Positions 16,250-30,800 of a DNA stretch of 64,000 nt are shown here, piece after piece. The translations under genes were made by a program, and so were the position numbers. The number at the start of each line of letters is the position of its first letter. The stretch's first letter is position 1. The stretch lies in the NCBI GenBank assembly GCA_964016885.1, contig OZ024742.1, positions 198,400,001-198,464,000 on the forward strand. The letters run 5' to 3'. The notes under the pieces were generated by a model. It did no database searches, was not told the origin of the DNA, and worked only from the letters and a program-made list of their open reading frames with translations. Origin of the DNA: Eledone cirrhosa. Taxonomy: Eukaryota.

Positions 16250-17650
16250 ACCAACACATCAGGCAGTGACCACATGATATGTACCAACACATCAGTAAGT
16301 GACCACATGAAAGGTACCAAAACATCAGTCAGTGACCACATGAAAGGTACCAACACATCAGTAAGTGACCACATGAAAGGTACCAACACATCAGTAAGTG
16401 ACCACATGAAAGGTACCAACACATCAGTCAGTGACCACATATGTACCAACACATCAGTTAGTGACCACATGATATGCACCAACACATCAGTCAGTGACCA
16501 CATGAAAGGTACCAACACATCAGTGACCACATGAAAGGCACCAACACATCAGTTAATGACCACATGAAAGGTACCAACACATCAGTAAGTGACCACATGA
16601 AAGGTACCAACACATCAGTCAGTGACCACATATGTACCAGCACATCAGTTAGTGACCACATGATATGCACCAACACATCAGTCAGTGACCACATGAAAGG
16701 TACCAACACATCAGTCAGTGACCACATGAAAGGTACCAACACATCAGTAAGTGACCACATGAAAGGTACCAACACATCAGTCAGTGATCACATGATATGT
16801 ACCAACACATCAGTCAGTGACCACATTAAAGGTACCAACACATCAGTCAGTGACCACATGATATGTACCAACACATCAGTCAGTGACCACATGAAAGGTA
16901 CCAACACATCAATCAGTGACCACATGAAAGGTACCAACACATCAGTGACCACATGAAAGGTACCAACACATCAGTCAGTGACCACATATGTACCAACACA
17001 TCAGTCAGTGACCACATATGTACCAACACGTCAGTTAGTGACCACATGATATGCACCAACACATCAGTCAGTGACCACATGAAAGGTACCAACACATCAG
17101 TAAGTGACCACAGGAAAGGCACCAACACATCAGTTAGTGACCACATGAAAGGTACCAACACATCAGTCAGTGACCACATGAAATGTACCAACACAACAGT
17201 CAGTGACCACATGATATGTACCAACACATCAGTCAGTGACCACATGAAAGGTACCAACACATCAGTCAGTGACCACATGAAAGGTACCAACACATCAGTC
17301 AGTGACCACATGATATGCACCAACACATCAGTCAGTGACCACATGAAAGTTACCAACACATCCGTCAGTGACCACATGAAGGGTACCAACACATCAATCA
17401 GTGACCACATGAAAGGTACCAACACATCAACCAGTGACCACATGATATGTACCAAAACATCAGTCAGTGACCACATGATATGTACCAACACATCAGTAAG
17501 TGACCACATGAAAGGCACCAACACATCAGTTAGTGACCACATGAAAAGTACCAACACATCAGTCAGTGACCACATGAAAGGTACCAACACATCAGTAAGT
17601 GACCACATGAAAGGTACCAACACATCAGTAAGTGACCACATGAAAGGTAC
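16250..17650 (+). repeat. Partial dispersed copy of an HOR-A segment (about 1760-3200)
   Basis: ORF boundaries 2423/2463 map to 16913/16953 (offset 14490). Shared markers: ACCAGC, GTGATCAC, ACATTAAA, CACAGG, ACAACAGTC, TCAACC. Confidence 0.8.
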
Positions 17651-20600
17651 CAACACATCAGTCAGTGACCACATATGTACCAACACATCAGTGAGTGACC
17701 ACATGATATGCACCAACACATCAGTCAGTGACCACATGAAAGGTACCAACACATCAGTAAGTGACCACATGAAAGGCACCAACACATCAGTTAGTGACCA
17801 CATGAAAGGTACCAACACATCAGTAAGTGACCACATGAAAGGTACCAACACATCAGTCAGTGACCACATATGTACCAGCACATCAGTTAGTGACCACATG
17901 ATATGCACCAACACATCAGTCAGTGACCACATGAAAGGTACCAACACATCAGTCAGTGACCACATGAAAGGTACCAACACATCAGTAAGTGACCACATGA
18001 AATGTACCAACACATCAGTCAGTGACCACATGAGAGGTACCAACACATCCGTCAGTGACCACATGAAGGGTACCAACACATCAATCAGTGACCACATGAA
18101 AGGTACCAACACATCAGTAAGTGACCACATGAAAGCTACCAACACATCAGTCAGTGACCACATATGTACCAACACATCAGTCAGTGACCACATGATATGT
18201 ACCAACACGTCAGTTAGTGACCACATGATATGCACCAACACATCAGTCAGTGACCACATGAAAGGTACCAACACATCAGTAAGTGACCACATGAAAGGCA
18301 CCAACACATCAGTTAGTGACCACATGAAAGGTACCAACACATCAGTCAGTGACCACATGAAATGTACCAACACATCAGTCAGTGACCACATGATATGTAC
18401 CAACACATCAGTCAGTGACCACATGAAAGGTACCAACACATCAGTCAGTGACCACATGAAAGGTACCAACACATCAGTCAGTGACCACATGATATGCACC
18501 AACACATCAGTCAGTGACCACATGAAAGTTACCAACACATCAGTCAGTGACCACATGAGAGGTACCAACACATCCGTCAGTGACCACATGAAGGGTACCA
18601 ACACATCAATCAGTGACCACATGAAAGGTACCAACACATCAGTAAGTGACCACATGAAAGGTACCAACACATCAACCAGTGACCACATATGTACCAAAAC
18701 ATCAGTCAGTGACCACATGATATGTACCAACACATCAGTAAGTGACCACATGAAAGGCACCAACACATCAGTTAGTGACCACATGAAAGGTACCAACACA
18801 TCAGTCAGTGACCACATGAAAGGTACCAACACATCAGCCAGTGACCACATGAAAGGTACCAACACATCAGTCAGTGAGCACATGATATGTACCAACACAT
18901 CAGTCAGTGACCACAGGAAAGGTACCAACACATCAATCAGTGACCACATGAAAGGTACCAACACATCAGTCAGTGACCACATGAAAGGTACCAACACATC
19001 AGTCAGTGACCATATGAAAGGTACCAACACATCAGTCAGTGACCACATGAAAGGTACCAACACATAAGTCAGTGACCCCATGAAAGGTACCAACACATCA
19101 GTCAGTGACCACATGAAAGGTACCAACACATCAGTCAGTGACCACATGAAAGGTACCAACACATCAGTCAGTGACCACATGAAAGGTACCAACACATCAG
19201 TCAGTGACCACATGAAAGGTACCAACACATCAGTCAGTGACCACATGAAAGGTACCAACACATCAACCAGTGACCACATGATATGTACCAAAACATCAGT
19301 CAGTGACCACATGATATGTACCAACACATCAGTAAGTGACCACATGAAAGGCATCAAAACATCAGTCAGTGACCACATGAAAGGTACCAACACATCAGGC
19401 AGTGACCACATGATATGTACCAACACATCAGTAAGTGACCACATGAAAGGTACCAACACATCAGTCAGTGACCACATGAAAGGTACCAACACATCAGTAA
19501 GTGACCACATGAAAGGTACCAACACATCAGTAAGTGACCACATGAAAGGTACCAACACATCAGTCAGTGACCACATATGTACCAACACATCAGTTAGTGA
19601 CCACATGATATGCACCAACACATCAGTCAGTGACCACATGAAAGGTACCAACAAATCAGTAAGTGACCACATGAAAGGCACCAACACATCAGTTAGTGAC
19701 CACATGAAAGGTACCAACACATCAGTAAGTGACCACATGAAAGGTACCAACACATCAGTCAGTGACCACATATGTACCAGCACATCAGTTAGTGACCACA
19801 TGATATGCACCAACACATCAGTCAGTGACCACATTAAAGGTACCAACACATCAGTCAGTGACCACATGAAAGGTACCAACACATCAGTAAGTGACCACAT
19901 GAAAGGCACCAACACATCAGTTAGTGACCACATGAAAGGTACCAACACATCAGTCAGTGACCACATGATATGTACCAACACATCAGTCAGTGACCACATG
20001 AAAGGTACAAACACATCAGTCAGTGACCACATGAAAGCTACCAACACATCAGTCAGTGACCACATATGTACCAACACATCAGTCAGTGACCACATGAAAG
20101 GTACCAACACATCAATCAGTGACCACATGAAAGGTACCAACACATCAGTCAGTGACCACATATGTACCAATACATCAGTTAGTGACCACATGATATGCAC
20201 CAACACATCAATCAGTGACCACATGAAAGGTACCAACATATCAGTAAGTGACCACATGAAAGGCACCAACACATCAGTTAGTGACCACATGAAAGGTACC
20301 AACACATCAGTCAGTGACAACATGAAAGGTACCAACACATCAGTCAGTGACAACATGAAAGGTACCAACACATCAGTCAGTGACCACATGAAAGGTACCA
20401 ACACATCAGTCAGTGACAACATGAAAGGTACCAACACATCAGTCAGTGACAACATGAAAGGTACCAACACATCAGTCAGTGACCACATCAAAGGTACCAA
20501 CACATCAGTCAGTGACCGCATGTGTACCAACACATCAGTAAGTGACCACATGAAAGGTACCAACACATCAGTAAGTGACCACATGAAAGGTACCAACACA

Positions 20601-21899
20601 TCAGTCAGTGACCACATATGTACCAACACATCAGTTAGTGACTGCATGATATGCACCAACACATCAGTCAGTGACCACATGAAAGGTACCAACACATCAG
20701 TAAGTGACCACATGAAATGTACCAACACATCAGTCAGTGACCATATGATATGTACCAACACATCAGTTAGTGACCACATGATATGCACCAACACATCAGT
20801 CAGTGACCACATGAAAGGTACCAACACATCAGTAAGTGACCACATGAAAGGTACCAACACATCAGTAAGTGACCACATGATATGCACCAACACATCAGTC
20901 AGTGACCACATGAAAGGTACCAACACATCAGTCAGTGACCACATGAAAGGTACCAACACATCAGTAAGTGACCACATGAAAGGTACCAACACATCAGTAT
21001 GTGACCACATGAAAGGTACCAACACATCAGTCAGTGACCACATATGTACCAACACATCAGTTAGTGACCACATGATATGCACCAACACATCAGTCAGTGA
21101 CCACATGAAAGGTACCAACACATCAGTAAGTGACCACATGAAAGGCACCAACACATCAGTTAGTGACCACATGAAAGGTACCAACACATCAGTAAGTGAC
21201 CACATGAAAGGTACCAACACATCAGTCAGTGACCACATATGTACCAGCACATCAGTTAGTGACCACATGATATGCACCAACACATCAGTCAGTGACCACA
21301 TGAAAGGTACCAACACATCAGTCAGTGACCACATGAAAGGTACCAACACATCAGTAAGTGACCACATGAAATGTACCAACACATCAGTCAGTGACCACAT
21401 GAGAGGTACCAACACATCCGTCAGTGACCACATGAAGGGTACCAACACATCAATCAGTGACCACATGAAAGGTACCAACACATCAGTAAGTGACCACATG
21501 AAAGCTACCAACACATCAGTCAGTGACCACATATGTACCAACACATCAGTCAGTGACCACATGATATGTACCAACACGTCAGTTAGTGACCACATGATAT
21601 GCACCAACACATCAGTCAGTGACCACATGAAAGGTACCAACACATCAGTAAGTGACCACATGAAAGGCACCAACACATCAGTTAGTGACCACATGAAAGG
21701 TACCAACACATCAGTAAGTGACCACATGAAAGGTACCAACACATTAGTCAGTGACCACATATGTACCAGCACATCAGTTAGTGACCACATGATATGCACC
21801 AACACATCAGTCAGTGACCACATGAAAGGTACCAACACGTCAGTCAGTGACCACATGAAAGGTACCAACACATCAGTCAGTGACCACATATGTACCAAC

Positions 21900-24800
21900 A
21901 CATCAGTTAGTGACCACATGATATGCACCAACACATCAGTCAGTGACCACATGAAAGGTACCAACACATCAGTCAGTGACCATATGAAAGGTACCAACAC
22001 ATCAGTCAGTGACCACATGAAAGGTACCAACACATAAGTCAGTGACCCCATGAAAGGTACCAACACATCAGTCAGTGACCACATGAAAGGTACCAACACA
22101 TCAGTCAGTGACCACATGAAAGGTACCAACACATCAGTCAGTGACCACATGAAAGGTACCAACACATCAGTCAGTGACCAGATGATATGAACCAACACAT
22201 CCGTCAGTGACCACATGAAAGGTACCAAAACATCAGTCAGTGACCACATGAAAGGTACCAACACATCAGGCAGTGACCACATATGTACCAACACATCAGT
22301 AAGTGACCACATGAAAGGTACCAACACATCAGTCAGTGACCACATGAAAGGTACCAACACATCAGTAAGTGACCACATGAAAGGTACCAACACATCAGTA
22401 AGTGACCACATGAAAGGTACCAACACATCAGTCAGTGACCACATATGTACCAACACATCAGTTAGTGACCACATGATATGCACCAACACATCAGTCAGTG
22501 ACCACATGAAAGGTACCAACACATCAGTAAGTGACCACATGAAAGGCACCAACACATCAGTTAGTGACCACATGAAAGGTACCAACACATCAGTAAGTGA
22601 CCACATGAAAGGTACCAACACATCAGTCAGTGACCACATATGTACCAGCACATCAGTTAGTGACCACATGATATGCACCAACACATCAGTCAGTGACCAC
22701 ATTAAAGGTACCAACACATCAGTCAGTGACCACATGAAAGGTACCAACACATCAGTAAATGACCACATGAAAGGCACCAACACATCAGTTAGTGACCACA
22801 TGAAAGGTACCAACACATCAGTCAGTGACCACATGATATGTACCAACACATCAGTCAGTGACCACATGAAAGGTACAAACACATCAGTCAGTGACCACAT
22901 GAAAGCTACCAACACATCAGTCAGTGACCACATATGTACCAACACATCAGTCAGTGACCACATGAAAGGTACCAACACATCAATCAGTGACCACATGAAA
23001 GCTACCAACACATCAGTCAGTGACCACATATGTACCAACACATCAATCAGTGACCACATGAAAGGTACCAACATATCAGTAAGTGACCACATGAAAGGCA
23101 CCAACACATCAGTTAGTGACCACATGAAAGGTACCAACACATCAGTCAGTGACAACATGAAAGGTACCAACACATCAGTCAGTGACAACATGAAAGGTAC
23201 CAACACATCAGTCAGTGACCACATCAAAGGTACCAACACATCAGTCAGTGACCGCATGATGTGTACCAACACATCAGTAAGTGACCACATGAAAGGTACC
23301 AACACATCAGTAAGTGACCACATGAAAGGTACCAACACATCAGTCAGTGACCACATATGTACCAACACATCAGTTAGTGACTGCATGATATGCACCAACA
23401 CATCAGTCAGTGACCACATAAAATTTATCAACACATCAGTCAGTGACCACATGATATGCACCAACACATCAGTCAGTGACCACACATGAAAGGTACCAAC
23501 ACATCAGTAAGTGACCACATGAAATGTACCAACACATCAGTCAGTGACCATATGATATGTACCAACACATCAGTTAGTGACCACATGATATGCACCAACA
23601 CATCAGTCAGTGACCACATGAAAGGTACCAACACATCAGTCAGTGACCACATGAAAGGTACCAACACATCAGTAAGTGACCACATGAAAGGTACCAACAC
23701 ATCAGTATGTGACCACATGAAAGGTACCAACACATCAGTCAGTGACCACATATGTACCAACACATCAGTTAGTGACCACATGAAAGGTACCAACACATCA
23801 GTCAGTGACCACATATGTACCAACACATCAGTTAGTGACCACATGATATGAACCAACTCATCAGTCAGTGACCACATGAAAGGTACCAACACGTCAGTCA
23901 GTGACCACATGAAAGGTACCAACACATCAGTCAGTGACCACATGAAAGGTACCAACACATCAGTCAGTGACCACATATGTACCAACATATCAGTTAGTGA
24001 CCACATGATATGCACCAACACATCAGTCAGTGCACACATGAAAGGTACCAACACATCAGTAAGTGACCACATGAAAGGCACCAACACATCAGTTAGTGAC
24101 CACATGAAAGGTACCAACACATCAGTCAGTGACCACATGATATGTACCAACACATCAGTCAGTGACCACATGATAGGTACCAACACATCAGTCAGTGACC
24201 ACATGAAAGGTACCAACACATCAGTAAGTGACCACAGGAAAGGCACCAACACATCAGTTAGTGACCACATGAAAGGTACCAACACATCAGTCAGTGACCA
24301 CATGAATTGTACCAACACGTCAGTCAGTGACCACATGATATGTACCAACACATCAGTCAGTGACCACACATGAAAGGTACCAACACATCAGTCAGTGACC
24401 ACATGAAAGGTACCAACACATCAGTCAGTGACCACATGAAAGGTACCAACACATCAGTCAGTGACCACATGATATGCACCAACACATCAGTCAGTGACCA
24501 CATGAAAGGTACCAACACATCAGTCAGTGACCACATGAAAGGTACCAACACATCAGTAAGTGACCACATGAAAGGTACCAACACATCAGTATGTGACCAC
24601 ATGAAAGGTACCAACACATCAGTCAGTGACCACATGATATGTACCAACACATCAGTCAGTGACCACACATGAAAGGTACCAACACATCAGTCAGTGACCA
24701 CATGAAAGGTACCAACACATCAGTCAGTGACCACATGAAAGGTACCAACACATCAGTCAGTGACCACATGAAAGTTACCAACACAGTCAGTGACCACATG

Positions 24801-27800
24801 AAAGTTACCAACACATCAGTCAGTGACCACATGAAAGGTACCAACACATCCGTCAGTGACCACATGAAAGGTACCAACATCAATCAGTGACCACATGAAA
24901 GGTACCAACACATCAGTAAGTGACCACATGAAAGGTACCAACACATCAGTCAGTGACCACATGATATGTACCAACACATCAGTCAGTGACCACATGATAT
25001 GTACCAACATATCAGTAAGTGACCACATGAAAGGCACCAACACATCAGTCAGTGACCACATCAAATTACCAACACATCAGTCAGTGACCACATGAAAGGT
25101 ACCAACACATCAGTCAGTGACCACATGAAAGGTACCAACACATCAGTCAGTGAGCACATGATATGTACCAACACATCAGTCAGTGACCACAGGAAAGGTA
25201 CCAACACATCAATCAGTGACCACATGATATGAACCAACACATCAGTCAGTGACACATGAAAGGTACCAACACATCAGTCAGTGACACATGAAAGGTACCA
25301 ACACATCAGTCAGTGACCACATGAAAGGTACCAACACATCAGTCAGTGACCACATGAAGGTACCAACACATCAGTCAGTGACACATGAAAGGTACCAACA
25401 CATCAGTCAGTGATACATGAAAGGTACCAACACATCAGTCAGTGACCACATGAAAGGTACCAACACATCAGTCAGTGACCACATGAAAGGTACCAACACA
25501 TCAGTTAGTGACCACATGATATGCACCAACACATCAGTCAGTGCACACATGAAAGGTACCAACACATCAGTGAGTGACCACATGAAAGGTACCAACACAT
25601 CAGTCAGTGACCACATGAAAGGTACCAACACATCAGTGACCACATATGTACCAACACATCAGTCAGTGACCACATGAAAGGTACCAACACATCAGTAAGT
25701 GACCACATGAAAGGCACCAACACATCAGTTAGTGACCACATGAAAGGTACCAACACATCAGTCAGTGACCACATGATATGTACCAACACATCAGTCAGTG
25801 ACCACATGATAGGTACCAACACATCAGTCAGTGACCACATGAAAGGTACCAACACATCAGTAAGTGACCACAGGAAAGGCACCAACACATCAGTTAGTGA
25901 CCACATGAAAGGTACCAACACATCAGTCAGTGACCACATGAATTGTACCAACACGTCAGTCAGTGACCACATGATATGTACCAACACATCAGTCAGTGAC
26001 CACACATGAAAGGTACCAACACATCAGTCAGTGACCACATGAAAGGTACCAACACATCAGTCAGTGACCACATGAAAGGTACCAACACATCAGTCAGTGA
26101 CCACATGATATGCACCAACACATCAGTCAGTGACCACATGAAAGTTACCAACACATCAGTCAGTGACCACATGAAAGGTACCAACACATCCGTCAGTGAC
26201 CACATGAAAGGTACCAACATCAATCAGTGACCACATGAAAGGTACCAACACATCAGTCAGTGACACATGAAAGGTACCAACACATCAGTCAGTGACACAT
26301 GAAAGGTACCAACACATCAGTCAGTGACCACATGAAAGGTACCAACACATCAATCAGTGACCACATGAAAGGTACCAACACATCAATCAGTGACCACATG
26401 AAAGGTACCAACACATCAGTCAGTGACCACATGAAAGGTACCAACACATCAGACAGTGACCACATGAAAGGTACCAACACATCAGTCAGTGACCACATGA
26501 AAGGTACCAACACATCAGTCAGTGACCACATGAAAGGTACCAACACATCAGTTAGTGACCACATGAAAGGTACCAACACATCAGTCAGTAACCACATGAA
26601 AGGTACCAACACATCAGTTAGTGACCACATGATATGAACCAACACATCAGTCAGTGACACATGAAAGGTACCAACACATCAGTCAGTGACACATGAAAGG
26701 TACCAACACATCAGTCAGTGACCACATGAAAGGTACCAACACATCAGTCAGTGACCACATGAAAGGTACCAACACATCAGTAAGTGACCACATGAAAGGT
26801 ACCAACACATCAGTATGTGACCACATGAAAGGTACCAACACATCAGTCAGTGACCACATATGTACCAACACATCAGTTAGTGACCACATGATATGCACCA
26901 ACACATCAGTCAGTGACCACATGAAAGGTACCAACACATCAGTAAGTGACCACATGAAAGGCACCAACACATCAGTTAGTGACCACATGAAAGGTACCAA
27001 CACATCAGTAAGTGACCACATGAAAGGTACCAACACATCAGTCAGTGACCACATATGTACCAACACATCAGTTAGTGACCACATGATATGCACCAACACA
27101 TCAGTCAGTGACCACATGAAAGGTACCAACACATCAGTCAGTGACCACATGAAAGTTACCAACACATCAGTAAGTGACCACATGAAAGGTACCAACACAT
27201 CAGTCAGTGACCACATATGTACCAACACATCAGTTAGTGACCACATGATATGCACCAACACATCAGTCAGTGACCACATGAAAGGTACCAACACATCAGT
27301 CAGTGACCATATGAAAGGTACCAACACATCAGTCAGTGACCACATGAAAGGTACCAACACATAAGTCAGTGACCCCATGAAAGGTACCAACACATCAGTC
27401 AGTGACCACATGAAAGGTACCAACACATCAGTCAGTGACCACATGAAAGGTACCAACACATCAGTCAGTGACCACATGAAAGGTACCAACACATCAGTCA
27501 GTGACCACATGAAAGGTACCAACACATCAGTCAGTGACCAGATGATATGAACCAACACATCCGTCAGTGACCACATGAAAGGTACCAAAACATCAGTCAG
27601 TGACCACATGAAAGGTACCAACACATCAGGCAGTGACCACATATGTACCAACACATCAGTAAGTGACCACATGAAAGGTACCAACACATCAGTCAGTGAC
27701 CACATGAAAGGTACCAACACATCAGTAAGTGACCACATGAAAGGTACCAACACATCAGTAAGTGACCACATGAAAGGTACCAACACATCAGTCAGTGACC

Positions 27801-30800
27801 ACATATGTACCAACACATCAGTTAGTGACCACATGATATGCACCAACACATCAGTCAGTGACCACATGAAAGGTACCAACACATCAGTAAGTGACCACAT
27901 GAAAGGCACCAACACATCAGTTAGTGACCACATGAAAGGTACCAACACATCAGTAAGTGACCACATGAAAGGTACCAACACATCAGTCAGTGACCACATA
28001 TGTACCAGCACATCAGTTAGTGACCACATGATATGCACCAACACATCAGTCAGTGACCACATTAAAGGTACCAACACATCAGTCAGTGACCACATGAAAG
28101 GTACCAACACATCAGTAAGTGACCACATGAAAGGCACCAACACATCAGTTAGTGACCACATGAAAGGTACCAACACATCAGTCAGTGACCACATGATATG
28201 TACCAACACATCAGTCAGTGACCACATGAAAGGTACCAACACATCAGTCAGTGACCACATGAAAGGTACAAACACATCAGTCAGTGACCACATGAAAGCT
28301 ACCAACACATCAGTCAGTGACCACATATGTACCAACACATCAGTCAGTGACCACATGAAAGGTACCAACACATCAATCAGTGACCACATGAAAGGTACCA
28401 ACACATCAGTCAGTGACCACATATGTACCAACACATCAGTTAGTGACCACATGATATGCACCAACACATCAGTCAGTGACCACATGAAAGGTACCAACAT
28501 ATCAGTAAGTGACCACATGAAAGGCACCAACACATCAGTTAGTGACCACATGAAAGGTACCAACACATCAGTCAGTGACAACATAAAAGGTACCAACACA
28601 TCAGTCAGTGACAACATGAAAGGTACCAACACATCAGTCAGTGACCACATCAAATGTACCAACACATCAGTCAGTGACCGCATGAAAGGTACCAACATAT
28701 CAGTAAGTGACCACATGAAAGGCACCAACACATCAGTTAGTGACCACATGAAAGGTACCAACACATCAGTCAGTGACAACATGAAAGGTACCAACACATC
28801 AGTCAGTGACAACATGAAAGGTACCAACACATCAGTCAGTGACCACATCAAATGTACCAACACATCAGTCAGTGACCGCATGATGTGTACCAACACATCA
28901 GTAAGTGACCACATGAAAGGTACCAACACATCAGTAAGTGACCACATGAAAGGTACCAACACATCAGTCAGTGACCACATATGTACCAACACATTAGTTA
29001 GTGACTGCATGATATGCACCAACACATCAGTCAGTGACCACATAAAATTTATCAACACATCAGTCAGTGACCACATGATATGCACCAACACATCAGTCAG
29101 TGACCACACATGAAAGGTACCAACACATCAGTAAGTGACCACATGAAATGTACCAACACATCAGTCAGTGACCATATGATATGTACCAACACATCAGTCA
29201 GTGACCACATGAAAGTTACCAACACATCAGTAAGTGACCACATGAAAGGTACCAACACATCAGTAAGTGACCACATGATATGCACCAACACATCAGTCAG
29301 TGACCACATGAAAGGTACCAACACATCAGTCAGTGACCACATGAAAGGTACCAACACATCAGTAAGTGACCACATGAAAGGTACCAACACATCAGTATGT
29401 GACCACATGAAAGGTACCAACACATCAGTCAGTGACCACATATGTACCAACACATCAGTTAGTGACCACATGAAAGGTACCAACACATCAGTCAGTGACC
29501 ACATATGTACCAACACATCAGTTAGTGACCACATGATATGCACCAACACATCAGTCAGTGACCACATGAAAGGTACCAACACGTCAGTCAGTGACCACAT
29601 GAAAGGTACCAACACATCAGTCAGTGACCACATGAAAGGTACCAACACATCAGTCAGTGACCACATATGTACCAACATATCAGTTAGTGACCACATGATA
29701 TGCACCAACACATCAGTCAGTGCACACATGAAAGGTACCAACACATCAGTAAGTGACCACATGAAAGGCACCAACACATCAGTTAGTGACCACATGAAAG
29801 GTACCAACACATCAGTCAGTGACCACATGATATGTACCAACACATCAGTCAGTGACCACATGATAGGTACCAACACATCAGTCAGTGACCACATGAAAGG
29901 TACCAACACATCAGTAAGTGACCACAGGAAAGGCACCAACACATCAGTTAGTGACCACATGAAAGGTACCAACACATCAGTCAGTGACCACACATGAAAG
30001 GTACCAACACATCAGTCAGTGACCACATGAAAGGTACCAACACATCAGTCAGTGACCACATGAAAGGTACCAACACATCAGTCAGTGACCACATGATATG
30101 CACCAACACATCAGTCAGTGACCACATGAAAGTTACCAACACATCAGTCAGTGACCACATGAAAGGTACCAACACATCAGTAAGTGACCACATGATATGC
30201 ACCAACACATCAGTCAGTGACCACATGAAAGGTACCAACACATCAGTCAGTGACCACATGAAAGGTACCAACACATCAGTAAGTGACCACATGAAAGGTA
30301 CCAACACATCAGTACGTGACCACATGAAAGGTACCAACACATCAGTCAGTGACCACATGATATGTACCAACACATCAGTCAGTGACCACACATGAAAGGT
30401 ACCAACACATCAGTCAGTGACCACATGATAGGTACCAACACATCAGTCAGTGACCACATGAAAGGTACCAACACATCAGTCAGTGACCACATGAAAGTTA
30501 CCAACACATCAGTCAGTGACCACATGAAAGTTACCAACACATCAGTCAGTGACCACATGAAAGGCACCAACACATCAGTCAGTGACCACATCAAATTACC
30601 AACACATCAGTCAGTGACCACATGAAAGGTACCAACACATCAGTCAGTGACCACATGAAAGGTACCAACACATCAGTAAGTGACCACATGAAAGGTACCA
30701 ACACATCAGTACGTGACCACATGAAAGGTACCAACACATCAGTCAGTGACCACATGATATGTACCAACACATCCGTCAGTGACCACATGAAAGGTACCAA

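Noticed and set aside
25240-26700. Programmed frameshifting or compensating indels restoring one long protein
   Set aside because: The 32-, 35-, 31- and 29-bp units do not consistently sum to multiples of three over short distances, and the shifted + frames hit TGA within a unit or two.
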